64,000 nucleotides of DNA from Actinomycetota bacterium (GTDB taxonomy: Bacteria; Actinomycetota; Acidimicrobiia; Spongiisociales; UBA4744). The notes under the pieces were generated by a model. It ran no database searches. It saw only the letters and a program-made list of their open reading frames with translations, and had not been told where the DNA came from. The position numbers and the translations under genes are program-made. Of this stretch, positions 1-9,515 are shown piece by piece; the first letter of the stretch is position 1, and each line of letters begins with the position of its first letter. The stretch is from assembly GCA_013152275.1 (NCBI GenBank), contig JAADGS010000063.1, positions 1 through 64,000 of the forward strand, given 5' to 3'.

Positions 1-77
1 GTCTTCCCATGATCAATATGACCCATCGTCCCCACATTCACATGCGGCTTCGTCCGCTCAAACTTCGCCTTCGCCAT
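1..77 (-). CDS. tuf: Elongation factor Tu (5' end only, runs off window)
   Basis: Reverse complement from ATG at 77 reads [26 protein letters not shown], the EF-Tu N-terminus with the G1 P-loop. Confidence 0.97.
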   Translation of the reverse strand, partial: MAKAKFERTKPHVNVGTMGHIDHGK

Positions 78-98
78 CACAAAACCCTTTCCCGCTCG

Positions 99-172
99 TA
101 GCGGCGGGCAGACTCGAACTGCCGACCTCTCGATTATGAGTCGAGCGCTCTCACCAACTGAGCTACGCCGCC
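99..172 (-). tRNA. tRNA-Met(CAT), probably elongator
   Basis: GGCGGCGTAGCTCAGTTGGTGAGAGCG...CTCATAA...GTTCGAGT...CGCCGCTA cloverleaf, anticodon CAT, no encoded CCA. Confidence 0.92.
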
Positions 173-267
173 TCGATCTACTTCTCTTGCCCGAAGCGCT
201 TCCCACCCGGACATGCCCACCCCTCGCCGGCCTGCTCTGAGAGCCGACCCGCTCTGCGGGGAGTGCG

Positions 268-341
268 AGCCTCCTTCCGGACTCGAACCGGAGACCTCCG
301 CCTTACCATGGCGGCGCTACTACCAACTGAGCTAAGGAGGC
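268..341 (-). tRNA. tRNA-Thr(GGT)
   Basis: GCCTCCTTAGCTCAGTTGG...CCGCC-ATGGTAA-GGCGG...GGTTCGAGTCC...AGGAGGCT cloverleaf. Confidence 0.93.
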
Positions 342-369
342 TAGGTTGTCACACCGCCGTGGCGGTGGG

Positions 370-451
370 TGCCGGGAGAAGGATTTGAACCTCCGAAGGC
401 ATCGCCGGCAGATTTACAGTCTGCTCCCTTTGGCCGCTCGGGCATCCCGGC
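370..451 (-). tRNA. tRNA-Tyr(GTA)
   Basis: GCCGGGATGCCCGAGCGGCCAAAGGGAGCAGACTGTAAATCTGC, long variable arm, GGTTCAAATCC T-arm. Confidence 0.95.
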
Positions 452-651
452 AGGCCCGAAGCCAGGTCGGGCGGACCGTAGATTAGCTGCCTCTCGGCGG
501 TGCGAAAACCGGGGCAGGCCCAAGTCGGGGCCAAACGGTACCGAGGTCGACAGTCTCCCTCCGGCCATCCGCGCCACCTACCTGGTCGTGCCGGCCACAG
601 GTTGCCACGGGTGTGCTTTCGGGGCATGATGAGATCGACGAGAGGGGTTCG

Positions 652-1584
652 ATGCGAGATCTCGACGAACGTCTGACGAGATGGAAGCAAGCCGAGCTGA
701 TCTCCGACGAACAAGCCGCTTCGATCAGCCGATTCGAGGCAGCCGAGCAGCCACGCCGATCGACACTCATCGCAGAGGTTCTCGGTTATCTCGGTGGTGC
801 CCTGGCGATCGTCGCCCTGTGGGTGTTCATCGCCCAGTTCTGGGGTCGCTTGGAGATCTGGGCTCAACTCACCCTGATCGGGGCGTTGACCATCGGTTTC
901 CTCGCCGCCGGCGCCTGGTCACGCACCGGAGAGGGCGAGGCGGTCCGGCGCCTGTCGAGCTTCCTGTGGTTTCTCGGCATCGTCGGCGTCGCCGGGTGGT
1001 TCGGGGTCTTCTCCGATCGAATCATCGCCGTCCACGACGAGTTCCAGGTGCTGTGGATCACCGTACCGACGTTCGTCGCCGCCGCCTTGCTGTGGAAGGC
1101 GCTGCCCAAGGTCTTGCAGGTGATTGCCCTGGTCGGCAGTGTTCACGCCGTGGTGCTGAGCGCCTTCGCGCAATTCGACCCGTCGCCTACCGAGTGGTTC
1201 GGGCTGATCGTCTGGGGGATCGGCGTCGCCACCGTCCTGTTGGCATGGGGAGGAGCCCTGCAGCCGACGGGCACCTCATACGCCCTCGGCATCGCCGCGA
1301 TCCTCATCGGACCAAGCATGGCGGCAGGCATGCTCGATACCGCCTGGCCGCTGTGGCTCGGTCTGGTCAGCGCCGCCGTGATGCTTGCGTCGAGCGTGCC
1401 CCTGCGCGAAGTGGTGCTCCTCGTCGGCGGAGCAGGCGCCGTCTTCGTGTTCCTCCCTCAGTTGATCTTCACCTACTTCGAGGAATCCCTCGGCGTGCCG
1501 GTGGCGCTGTTCCTCTCCGGCGTGGTGCTCATCGGCGCGGCCCTGCTGATCGCAAGGCTCCGTGAGGAGGTGGCCGGAACATGA
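652..1584 (+). CDS. Multi-pass membrane protein, DUF2157-like
   Basis: N-terminal LTRWKQAELISDEQAASI motif followed by ~10 hydrophobic helices; ATG at 652 after a purine-rich RBS. Confidence 0.7.
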   Translation: MRDLDERLTRWKQAELISDEQAASISRFEAAEQPRRSTLIAEVLGYLGGALAIVALWVFIAQFWGRLEIWAQLTLIGALTIGFLAAGAWSRTGEGEAVRRLSSFLWFLGIVGVAGWFGVFSDRIIAVHDEFQVLWITVPTFVAAALLWKALPKVLQVIALVGSVHAVVLSAFAQFDPSPTEWFGLIVWGIGVATVLLAWGGALQPTGTSYALGIAAILIGPSMAAGMLDTAWPLWLGLVSAAVMLASSVPLREVVLLVGGAGAVFVFLPQLIFTYFEESLGVPVALFLSGVVLIGAALLIARLREEVAGT

Positions 1585-2300
1585 AACGCGCCACACTCGC
1601 CATCGTCTTGTCGGTCCTGGTGCTGGCACTGGTCCTTACCGTGGTGCTGGTCTTCGGCGTCATCCCGTTCCCCGAGTATCCGTCACTCGCCGAGCATCCG
1701 GACCCGTCGATCCCCGGAACGGTGGTGTTCACCTTCGGCGACGACCCCCCTTGTCTCGAGGTCGTCCCCGCCGCCGGTGGGGTCCCCAGAGAGCTTCGGT
1801 GCGACCGGAACATCGCCGGCAACGGTCTGGCATGGACATCCGACGGGCTGATCGTGACGTTCGATACCTCCACCTACCCACCCCAGTATGCGCTGATCGA
1901 CCCGGAGTCGGACCAGGTCGTCGAACGGATCGATGCCGGACCGACGGCGGGACCGGATCTTCTCTTCCCCAAGCCTGACATCGCTCGCCGGTCCGATGGA
2001 ACAGTGCTCACCGCCGATCGTTCGACACGGGGCGCAACCCTGATGATCCAGGAACCGAACAAGGAATCGCGGCTGTTGCTCGAGGTGCGCGGTCCCCGCA
2101 ACTACCGTTTCGAGATGGTGCGATGGTCCCCCGACGGTAACTGGGTGCTGGCGATCGACTCCGAGGAACGGCTCTTGATCGTGCGCGCCACCGGCGATCC
2201 CGAACCGCGAATCCTCGCGGAGGGCGTCGCGCGCTGGATGCCTGCTGCCTGGTATATCCCAGGGTTCACCGACGGAACCTTCCAGGTCCCCGGCCGGTAG
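1581..2300 (+). CDS. Membrane-anchored protein with TolB/WD40-like repeats
   Basis: N-terminal TM helix; LAWTSDG and RWSPDG beta-propeller-like motifs; ATGA overlap with upstream gene. Confidence 0.6.
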   Translation: MKRATLAIVLSVLVLALVLTVVLVFGVIPFPEYPSLAEHPDPSIPGTVVFTFGDDPPCLEVVPAAGGVPRELRCDRNIAGNGLAWTSDGLIVTFDTSTYPPQYALIDPESDQVVERIDAGPTAGPDLLFPKPDIARRSDGTVLTADRSTRGATLMIQEPNKESRLLLEVRGPRNYRFEMVRWSPDGNWVLAIDSEERLLIVRATGDPEPRILAEGVARWMPAAWYIPGFTDGTFQVPGR

Positions 2301-2484
2301 GCAGGACAGTCCCACACTGCTCCCGGCGGTGGAGGTCCTCCAGGCCGCTCTCTGCTTCCCCTGCAGGAGACGTACTCAGGATCGCCTCCCCGGAGGAGAA
2401 GAGCGAGGAAGGGGTTCCGGTGCAGCCGGGCATACGGACACAACGGGTGATGGGCCGGCGACACCGGCTCGGGTGGCCGCCAGT

Positions 2485-2592
2485 TTCCTGTCACTATGAG
2501 CGTCGATATGCGACGCCAGCATTGACAGGAATCAGACCCCCGCTTTTCCTGTCACTATGAGCGTCGGTATGCGACGCCAGCATTGACAGGAA
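2485..2592. repeat. Two tandem 47-bp palindromic (REP-like) units
   Basis: TTCCTGTCACTATGAGCGTCG(A/G)TATGCGACGCCAGCATTGACAGGAA at 2485-2531 and 2546-2592, one mismatch. Confidence 0.9.
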
Positions 2593-2610
2593 CACGACGA
2601 CGCGCCGGGA

Positions 2611-3111
2611 TCAGGCCGTCGGACCGGCCTTACTCCACACCAGGAGGCCGGGAATCAGCATCATGGCGGCCAGCACCCAGTCGAAGCGTGCCGGCGCCCC
2701 CCGCCATCGATAGTCGAGGAGTGCTATCACGACGAGCGCGACACCGACGAAGATGAGCATGCGGGCCGAGCGACGAAGGATACGTTGCTTCCCGTCCGGC
2801 GTGATCGGCGTCAGCCCACTGCTTTCGGCGACGCTCTCGAGCGACCTCGAGACGCCGCGGGACATGAACGCCACCATGCCCGTCGTGTACAAGACGCCGA
2901 TGCCGACCCAGGCGGGTCGCACGAGGATCAGGACCGCAACACCGAGCACGCTGAGCCCGATGGCGATCGGTATCGTCTTGCGGAGGTGCTCCATCGCCCA
3001 CTCGGGACCGTTGAGCGCCGCCCGGGTGCTCACCATCCCGCCCCACAGCCCGCCGAGCACTCCGACGGTGGCGACCACATCGACGGCCACCTCGAGCGAA
3101 AGGGTGATCAC
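2611..3111 (-). CDS. Hypothetical membrane protein
   Basis: Several hydrophobic segments; GTG start directly after htpX stop; high-GC third-position codon usage. Confidence 0.7.
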   Translation of the reverse strand: MITLSLEVAVDVVATVGVLGGLWGGMVSTRAALNGPEWAMEHLRKTIPIAIGLSVLGVAVLILVRPAWVGIGVLYTTGMVAFMSRGVSRSLESVAESSGLTPITPDGKQRILRRSARMLIFVGVALVVIALLDYRWRGAPARFDWVLAAMMLIPGLLVWSKAGPTA

Positions 3112-3978
3112 CTACCGGTCCCCGTTCGCTATCTCTTCGAGGCGTCGGATCCGATCCTCGATCGGCGGGTGCGTCGAGAACAGCTTGCCAAACCCACCGC
3201 GATTCCGTCCCTTGACCGCCTTGAGTGGGTCGGCGATGAACAGCTGGCTGACCGCCGGATTGACGTTCATCGGAACGCGCGACGTCCCCATCTCGAGTTT
3301 ACGCAACGCGCTCGCCAGATTGAGTGGCTGCCCGGTGAGTGTCGCTCCGGATGCGTCTGCCTGATACTCACGGGCACGGGAGATGGCCAGACGAATGATC
3401 ATCGCCGCGATGGGGGCGAGGATGAGGCTCACCAGGGCAACGATCCCGCCGAGCGGGTTGTCACGGCTGCTGCGCCGCCCGCCACCGAACCAAAACGCCA
3501 TGCGGGCGGAAATCGACAGGGCGGCGGCAAGCATCGCGGCGATGGAGCTGATGAGGATATCCCGATTGCGGACGTGTGACAGCTCGTGCCCGAGAACGCC
3601 CTCGAGCTCGCCACGGTCGAGGATCCCCAGAATGCCGGTGGTGACGGCCACGGCGGCGTGGCTCGGGTTGCGCCCGGTGGCGAACGCGTTGGGCTGTGGC
3701 GAGTCGATCACGTAGATGCGAGGCATCGGCATGTCGGCCTGGGTGGTGAGGTTCCGCACGATGGAGTAGACCTGAGGAAGTTCCTGCTCGGTGACCGGGC
3801 GAGCCCGTGACGCGGCCAGGGCCATCTTGTCGCTGAAAAAGTAGGCCACAAGGTTGATACCGACGGCGAAGATCAGTCCCACGTAGAAACCGCCGGAACC
3901 GCGAAACAAGGCCATCCCGAGATACCAGACCAACGCGGAGAGGAACCCGAGGAGGGCGACGGTCTTGAGGTTGTTCAT
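3112..3978 (-). CDS. htpX: Zinc metalloprotease HtpX (M48)
   Basis: PNAFATG, HELSH zinc motif, SRAREYQAD, LFSTHPP. Confidence 0.95.
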   Translation of the reverse strand: MNNLKTVALLGFLSALVWYLGMALFRGSGGFYVGLIFAVGINLVAYFFSDKMALAASRARPVTEQELPQVYSIVRNLTTQADMPMPRIYVIDSPQPNAFATGRNPSHAAVAVTTGILGILDRGELEGVLGHELSHVRNRDILISSIAAMLAAALSISARMAFWFGGGRRSSRDNPLGGIVALVSLILAPIAAMIIRLAISRAREYQADASGATLTGQPLNLASALRKLEMGTSRVPMNVNPAVSQLFIADPLKAVKGRNRGGFGKLFSTHPPIEDRIRRLEEIANGDR

Positions 3979-4141
3979 GGACGAATGCTACCGCGCCGCC
4001 GGTATCAGCAGGAGATACGGATTACCCCCTCACTCTGTGTGCACCGCTCAACCGCCGAGGGTAGAGTCGACAATGGTCGCTGGGGGCGATCTCTGAGTGT
4101 TCCTCAGCGGGGGTACCTGAACGCAACTCGGGAGGAGCGCA

Positions 4142-7100
4142 GTGAAACGCTACATCATTCTCCTTGCCGTCATGGCTTTGACGGTAGGACTATTGGCAGC
4201 ACCGGCAGGGGCGACAAACCCCCTGGACCGTGCGACACCACAGCGCGTCGGGGACAGGCCCGTCGTGCTGGACGAGACGTTGACGATGGCGGCGGGGAGC
4301 ACCATCCAGGTGTTCGTCCAGATGTCCGAGAAGTCGGTCGCCGACTTCGTCGCGAGTGCGGTCGAGTCGGGTGCTCGCAGGCCGTCGCACAACGCCCAAA
4401 TGGCCCAGAAAGCCAAGGTCGAACGCGAGCAGGCGGATGCCGAACACGACGTGACGGCTGCAGGAGCCACGGTGATCGCCTCGCTCGATGTGGGCGCCAA
4501 CGGCTTCATCGTCGATGTGGCTCCGGGCGATCTGGTCAAGCTGGCCGAGATCCCCGGCGTGGTGTCGGTGGCACGGGTGACCACGTTCACGCCGGCCAAC
4601 GAGACGAGCGTCCCGTGGATAGGCGCGCCGTCAGCATGGCATGATCTGTCGCTCACCGGCGCCGGTATCACCGTGGCGGTGATCGACACGGGTGTCGACT
4701 ACGACCACAAGGACTTCGGTGGACTTGGCGCGGCCGCGTACGCCACGAACGACACGGCGATCGTCGAGCCCGGCAGCTTCCCGACCGCGAAGGTGATCGG
4801 CGGATACGACTTCGCCGGGACCTCCTACGACGCCGCCGGGATCCTGGGCTCGGCGACCCCGACTCCCGACCCCGACCCGCTCGACGTGTACGGCCACGGC
4901 ACCCACGTTGCCGGCTCGGCGGCGGGTGAGGGCGTGCTGTCCGACGGGACGACCTTCACGGGTCCCTATGGTCCGGATGCCTACACGGCCAATACCTTCG
5001 AGATCGGTCCGGGCGTGGCACCGGAGGCGCTCATCTACGCCTACAAGGTGTTCGGCGATCAGGCGGGAAGCACCAACCTGACGTCGCTCGCCATCGAGCG
5101 GGCACTCGACCCGAACCAGGATGGCTCGATCGACGACCATGTGGATGTCATCAACATGAGCCTCGGCGCAGCGTTCGGCTCGCCGAACGACCCGTCGGCC
5201 ATCGCCTCGGAGAACGCATCTCGCCTCGGCGTGGTGGTCGTGGCCTCGGCCGGCAACGAGGGCGACATTCCCTACGTGACCGGCGCTCCGGCCGTGGCGC
5301 CCGGCGCCATCTCGGTGGCGGCATCGGTCGACGGCGGCTACTCGGTACTCGGGATCCGGGTGAATTCACCTTCGGACGTGGCAGGACTGTACGAAGCGGC
5401 CGAAGCGGCGATCACACCGCCTCTGGACGACACCGGAGTCACCGGAGACCTGGCGGTGGCCTACCCGTTGAACGGATGCTCAACACTCGGCAACCCGAGC
5501 GAGATCAGCGGAAAGATCGCGTTGATCCAACGCGGATCGTGCTACTTCTCGGAGAAGATCCTCAACGCCCAGGCGGCGGGTGCGGTAGCCGTTGTGGTGT
5601 TCAACAACAAACCCGGCCCACCGATCGTGATGGGCGGAAGCAGCGGCGGAATCACCATCCCGGCGGTCATGATCAGCGACATCGACGGAGCCACTCTGAA
5701 GGATGTCCTCGATTCGGGGACACCGGTCAATGTGACCCTGAGCGCCGCATTCATCCTGCCGCGGCCGGATCTGGCCGACACACTCGCCTCGTTCAGCTCG
5801 CGGGGACCCGGCGTGACCAACCTGTTCAAGCCCGACGTGGCGGCTCCCGGGTTCGGGATCACATCCGCCGCGGTCGGTACCGGCACGCTCGGGGCGACGT
5901 TCAGCGGCACCTCGATGGCCTCGCCCCACGTGGCAGGCCTGGCGGCCCTCGTGGTGCAACAGCACCCCGACTGGTCACCGGCGCAGGTGAAGGCGCTGAT
6001 CCAGAACGGCACCGTTGTGGGTCACGACCAGAGCGGCGCCACCTATCCGCTGGCCCGCCAGGGCGTCGGCGTGGTGCGAGCCGATCGGACGCTCGGCCTG
6101 GGCTCGATGGCGATGCCCGGTGGCGTGTCGTTCGGCTACCTGGACCCGACCCGGCGCGACCGTGAGGAGGCCGAGGTGAGGGTCACCAACTTCGGTGACA
6201 CCACCAAGACCTACTCGATCACCGTAACGCCCAACCAGACGGTTCCCGGTGTCACGGTGACGGCGCCGAGCCTGGTGAAGGTCAGGGCGGGACGAACGAA
6301 GAAGATCGAGGTCAAGATCAGCCTCGATCCCGCGGCGATGCCGGCCGACTTCGGCTATTACTCCCAGACCGAGGTGGACGGGTGGCTCACCCTCACCAGC
6401 GGTACCGAGGAACTCCAGGTCGGCTACCTGGCGGTGCTCGATCCTGCGGCGAAGTTCGAGGTGCATAGAGCCGGTAGTGACTCGATCACCATCAGGAACT
6501 ACTCGCGGACGATCGGGTTCGCCGAGGGCTTCACCCTGGCGGAGCGGGGCGGACAGTTGCTCGACAAGACCCCGTTCGCCATCGACGCCACCGGCTACCG
6601 CACGAACGCGTTCGGTCCGTACGACGTCGTGCAATTCGGCGTGTCGATGGACAGGGCCTGGAGTGCCCCGTCGGAGGGCGAGGTCGATATCTACCTCGAC
6701 ACCAACCAGGACGGGAGCCCCGACTATGTGCTGGTCGCAGCCGACCTCGGGTTCCTCCTCGGCAGTGCTCCCACCGGCCAGGTCGTCACGGCGCTGTTCG
6801 ACATAGTGAACGGGGGAGGCTTCCTCGAATGGTACGCGGACGCCGACTACAACGACCGGGTGATGACGCTCACGGTCGATCGCTGGGGCCTGAGCGGCTT
6901 CCTGGCGCCCGACGACACCACCTTCGACTACCAGATGGTCGTGTTCGGATCGGCCGGTTCCGTCGATGTCCAGAGCGGGAGCATCGACCTCGCCGACGAG
7001 GTGGTGCCGAGTGTCGGCTCGTTCGGCCTGGCACCGGGTGAAAGGACCACGGTGGACCTGGCACCCGCCTCCGGAACGATGGTGTGGTTCTTCCCCAACA

Positions 7101-7204
7101 ACGAGGAGAGGAAGCAGGTCAAGATCGTCGAGCTCGAAGAGGAATGCAGAATGGGCAGGTGCATGGACCACGGGAGCACGGACAGGGATCACAGGATCCG
7201 CTGA
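4142..7204 (+). CDS. Secreted S8 subtilisin-like protease with propeptide, PA domain and C-terminal beta domains
   Basis: Signal peptide; catalytic triad VIDTG / HGTHVAG / GTSMASPHVAG; PA domain KIALIQRGSCYFSEK. Confidence 0.93.
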   Translation: MKRYIILLAVMALTVGLLAAPAGATNPLDRATPQRVGDRPVVLDETLTMAAGSTIQVFVQMSEKSVADFVASAVESGARRPSHNAQMAQKAKVEREQADAEHDVTAAGATVIASLDVGANGFIVDVAPGDLVKLAEIPGVVSVARVTTFTPANETSVPWIGAPSAWHDLSLTGAGITVAVIDTGVDYDHKDFGGLGAAAYATNDTAIVEPGSFPTAKVIGGYDFAGTSYDAAGILGSATPTPDPDPLDVYGHGTHVAGSAAGEGVLSDGTTFTGPYGPDAYTANTFEIGPGVAPEALIYAYKVFGDQAGSTNLTSLAIERALDPNQDGSIDDHVDVINMSLGAAFGSPNDPSAIASENASRLGVVVVASAGNEGDIPYVTGAPAVAPGAISVAASVDGGYSVLGIRVNSPSDVAGLYEAAEAAITPPLDDTGVTGDLAVAYPLNGCSTLGNPSEISGKIALIQRGSCYFSEKILNAQAAGAVAVVVFNNKPGPPIVMGGSSGGITIPAVMISDIDGATLKDVLDSGTPVNVTLSAAFILPRPDLADTLASFSSRGPGVTNLFKPDVAAPGFGITSAAVGTGTLGATFSGTSMASPHVAGLAALVVQQHPDWSPAQVKALIQNGTVVGHDQSGATYPLARQGVGVVRADRTLGLGSMAMPGGVSFGYLDPTRRDREEAEVRVTNFGDTTKTYSITVTPNQTVPGVTVTAPSLVKVRAGRTKKIEVKISLDPAAMPADFGYYSQTEVDGWLTLTSGTEELQVGYLAVLDPAAKFEVHRAGSDSITIRNYSRTIGFAEGFTLAERGGQLLDKTPFAIDATGYRTNAFGPYDVVQFGVSMDRAWSAPSEGEVDIYLDTNQDGSPDYVLVAADLGFLLGSAPTGQVVTALFDIVNGGGFLEWYADADYNDRVMTLTVDRWGLSGFLAPDDTTFDYQMVVFGSAGSVDVQSGSIDLADEVVPSVGSFGLAPGERTTVDLAPASGTMVWFFPNNEERKQVKIVELEEECRMGRCMDHGSTDRDHRIR

Positions 7205-7229
7205 TCCGTTCACGACCATGCGACGAGCC

Positions 7230-7260
7230 GGAGGGGCGCCGACAGGATCGGCGCCCCTCC
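7230..7260. terminator. Hairpin between convergent genes, probable terminator
   Basis: GGAGGGGCGCCGA-CAGGA-TCGGCGCCCCTCC, 13-bp stem. Confidence 0.65.
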
Positions 7261-7340
7261 CTGTGTCGGGCTTTCTTCGGCTTCGGCGGCCTCGCCGGGG
7301 ACCGAGAGTCGAGCGGCCTGGCCGGAAGAAGAGCCGGCCG

Positions 7341-7952
7341 CTACTTGAAGGCGACGATCTGAGGTTCGCCGGGGAGTGAGCACACAACGAAGTTGCCGCT
7401 GGTATCGGCGTGGACCGAATAGGTGCTCTGCCCCACCTGGAAGTACATGAGATACCCGTCGATGATGACCTGCAGGTACACCATCCCCTTCTCCGGACAG
7501 CCCAGAGCCGAGCTCGGCCACTGCACCGCCATCGCCCCCAGAGAGACCACTTCGGCCTCGGAGACGTCGAGATCGGCTGCCAAACGCTTGCGCGCCGCCG
7601 ATTCCAACGAGGCGGGCACGGTCGTGTCGGCCACGAACCACGACGGAACCGCGGCAGCGATCGGTTCTCCGATACGTTCGGAAGGCGGAACCGTCACGGT
7701 GGTAACCGTAGTGCTTTCCTGAGCGGTCGTGGTCGGTGCCGGTGCGGGCTCGGTGGTCGTGGTGGCATTCGCACCGGCCGCAGGTTCGACGGCCGTCGTG
7801 TTCGCAGCCGCCGTCGTCTCGGCCGTCGGTACCGTTGTCGCCGCGGGGACCACCGTCGTGGACGTCCCCGAGACGGCCGCAGGCACCTGGCCGGGTGCAC
7901 CGCAGGCCGTCAGCACGATGGCGGTGACGATGACAAGTGTGATCGATCTCAT
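7341..7952 (-). CDS. Lipoprotein with Thr/Ala/Pro-rich linker and conserved C-terminal domain
   Basis: Lipobox LTAC; low-complexity linker; WPSSALGCP...YLQVIIDGY motif. Confidence 0.75.
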   Translation of the reverse strand: MRSITLVIVTAIVLTACGAPGQVPAAVSGTSTTVVPAATTVPTAETTAAANTTAVEPAAGANATTTTEPAPAPTTTAQESTTVTTVTVPPSERIGEPIAAAVPSWFVADTTVPASLESAARKRLAADLDVSEAEVVSLGAMAVQWPSSALGCPEKGMVYLQVIIDGYLMYFQVGQSTYSVHADTSGNFVVCSLPGEPQIVAFK

Positions 7953-8245
7953 CGTTCTCGTCTCCTGATGAACCACCACTTCGACGATCCCGACCGGTTC
8001 AACGGTTCCCGATGCTCCTGAATCCTACCCCGACGCGGTTCGGTGCACTCCCGGAAGCCAACGAGCATCGGCCATGCACACCGCCCGAGGCGATCGTTAC
8101 CTCGAACAGAGATCGCCTTCGGACCGGTCCTTCGGTTTGCCCTGTCGTGACGCACCTGCCGGCATGATCCTCCCAGGACACCGCCGCCACTCGCTCGACG
8201 ACCCGTCGAGCGGTGGAGTGAACCGGGCGGGACTTGCACGCCTTT

Positions 8246-9406
8246 TCACTTGTGTGCGATCAACACCCGGAAGTCGCCCAGACCGCGAGGATGCATGAGT
8301 GTCTCCGCGTTCGTCCGATCGGACCGCACTTTCAAGCGTTCCATGGGGTCACCGTCGCGAGCGAGGGCCAGTTCCTGTTCCCGCAGTCCGCGGACACGGT
8401 CGGCCAGACCGAGGGAAGCCAGGAACTCGTCCTGACGGTGCATCTCGGCCGAGGCTCCGGCAGCTTCGGCGACGGCCAGGAGTGCGCTGAAGTTCACATC
8501 GGCCGTGATATCGGTCTCACCCGGCTCTGCCAACGGATCGGGGCCGAGATGGTGCGCTCGGTAGGTGCGCAGCGTGCCTTCGGCACGACGGTGCTCCAAC
8601 TTCTCGGCGGTCTCGCCATAGTCGACCACCACGACTGCTCCCCACACCAGCGCGTCGAGAGCCCGGCGGAGCCACTCGGATGCGGCAAGCTGCACCTCGA
8701 CACGTCCCCCTTCTGGACAGGGCAGACCGAACCGATTCGCCCATGCGGTCACTTCCGGGCGCGCCGGATGTGGAACCGGCACGAGACGACCGTCCTCGAC
8801 ACCGACCCAACGCTCCTCCCACGTCTCGCCCTTGCGAACGGCGATGGAGACAGGCAGGTTGTCGAGCAGCTCATTGGCGATGATGACACCCGAGAACGGC
8901 GCAGGGATCTCGTCGAGGGATGAGACGATGTCCTGTCCGGGGAGTATCTCCCCGAGAGCCGCCCGGGCCGCCACGGAAGCCTCCACCGCCCACGCATCTA
9001 CAGGATGCTCGAGCGAGGCGAGGAGCGGTCTCAGAAGGGAGCCGGAGCCGGCGCCGACCTCGACGAGGATGTGCCCGCCTCCAGCCGCCCCGGCTCCACA
9101 CCTGCCCCCATCGCCGCCGGTTCGTTCCTCGCCGGGGCCTCTTCCCTCCGAGGGGGAAGAGAAGATCCGGTCGACGAACTTGGCGAGCGTCTCGCCGAAC
9201 AGGGGGCTCACCTCCGGGCTCGTCAGGAAGTCGCCTTCCTTGGTCGACCGCAGCTTCCCGGAGCCGAAGAAACCGTCCTCAGGGTCGTAGAGGGCGATCG
9301 CCTGGAACTCCTCGAACGGCATCGGGCCTTCCTGACGGATCTGTTCGATCAGTTGATCCCGCAACGGCCGACGCCCCGAATCAGTCCTCACGACCGATCG
9401 AACCAT
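8246..9406 (-). CDS. SAM-dependent methyltransferase, MidA/NDUFAF7 family
   Basis: GDFLTSPE..LFGE, VEVGAGSG, IANELLDNLP, DYG, DITADVNF, LG.FRVL motifs. Confidence 0.88.
   Translation of the reverse strand: MVRSVVRTDSGRRPLRDQLIEQIRQEGPMPFEEFQAIALYDPEDGFFGSGKLRSTKEGDFLTSPEVSPLFGETLAKFVDRIFSSPSEGRGPGEERTGGDGGRCGAGAAGGGHILVEVGAGSGSLLRPLLASLEHPVDAWAVEASVAARAALGEILPGQDIVSSLDEIPAPFSGVIIANELLDNLPVSIAVRKGETWEERWVGVEDGRLVPVPHPARPEVTAWANRFGLPCPEGGRVEVQLAASEWLRRALDALVWGAVVVVDYGETAEKLEHRRAEGTLRTYRAHHLGPDPLAEPGETDITADVNFSALLAVAEAAGASAEMHRQDEFLASLGLADRVRGLREQELALARDGDPMERLKVRSDRTNAETLMHPRGLGDFRVLIAHK
9106..9161. repeat. Palindromic dispersed repeat inside the MidA-like CDS
   Basis: CCCCATCGCCGCCGGTTCGTTCCTCGCCGGGGCCTCTTCCCTCCGAGGGGGAAGAG aligns to intergenic 47330-47383. 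Confidence 0.75.
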
Positions 9407-9515
9407 GCAGCCTCGTGAACGTTGCCGCCGTATGTAACGAAACCGCGTTTCTCCACAAGACGGAGTATCCCATCAGATCGGCACAGATTGAGCGGCTCTC
9501 CTCCTCGCACCGGCA

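Noticed and set aside
2485..2592. Possible mini-CRISPR array
   Set aside because: Only two 47-bp units with a 14-nt spacer, no leader or cas genes
99..2600. Integrative element at the tRNA cluster
   Set aside because: No integrase or duplicated tRNA 3' end seen in the window
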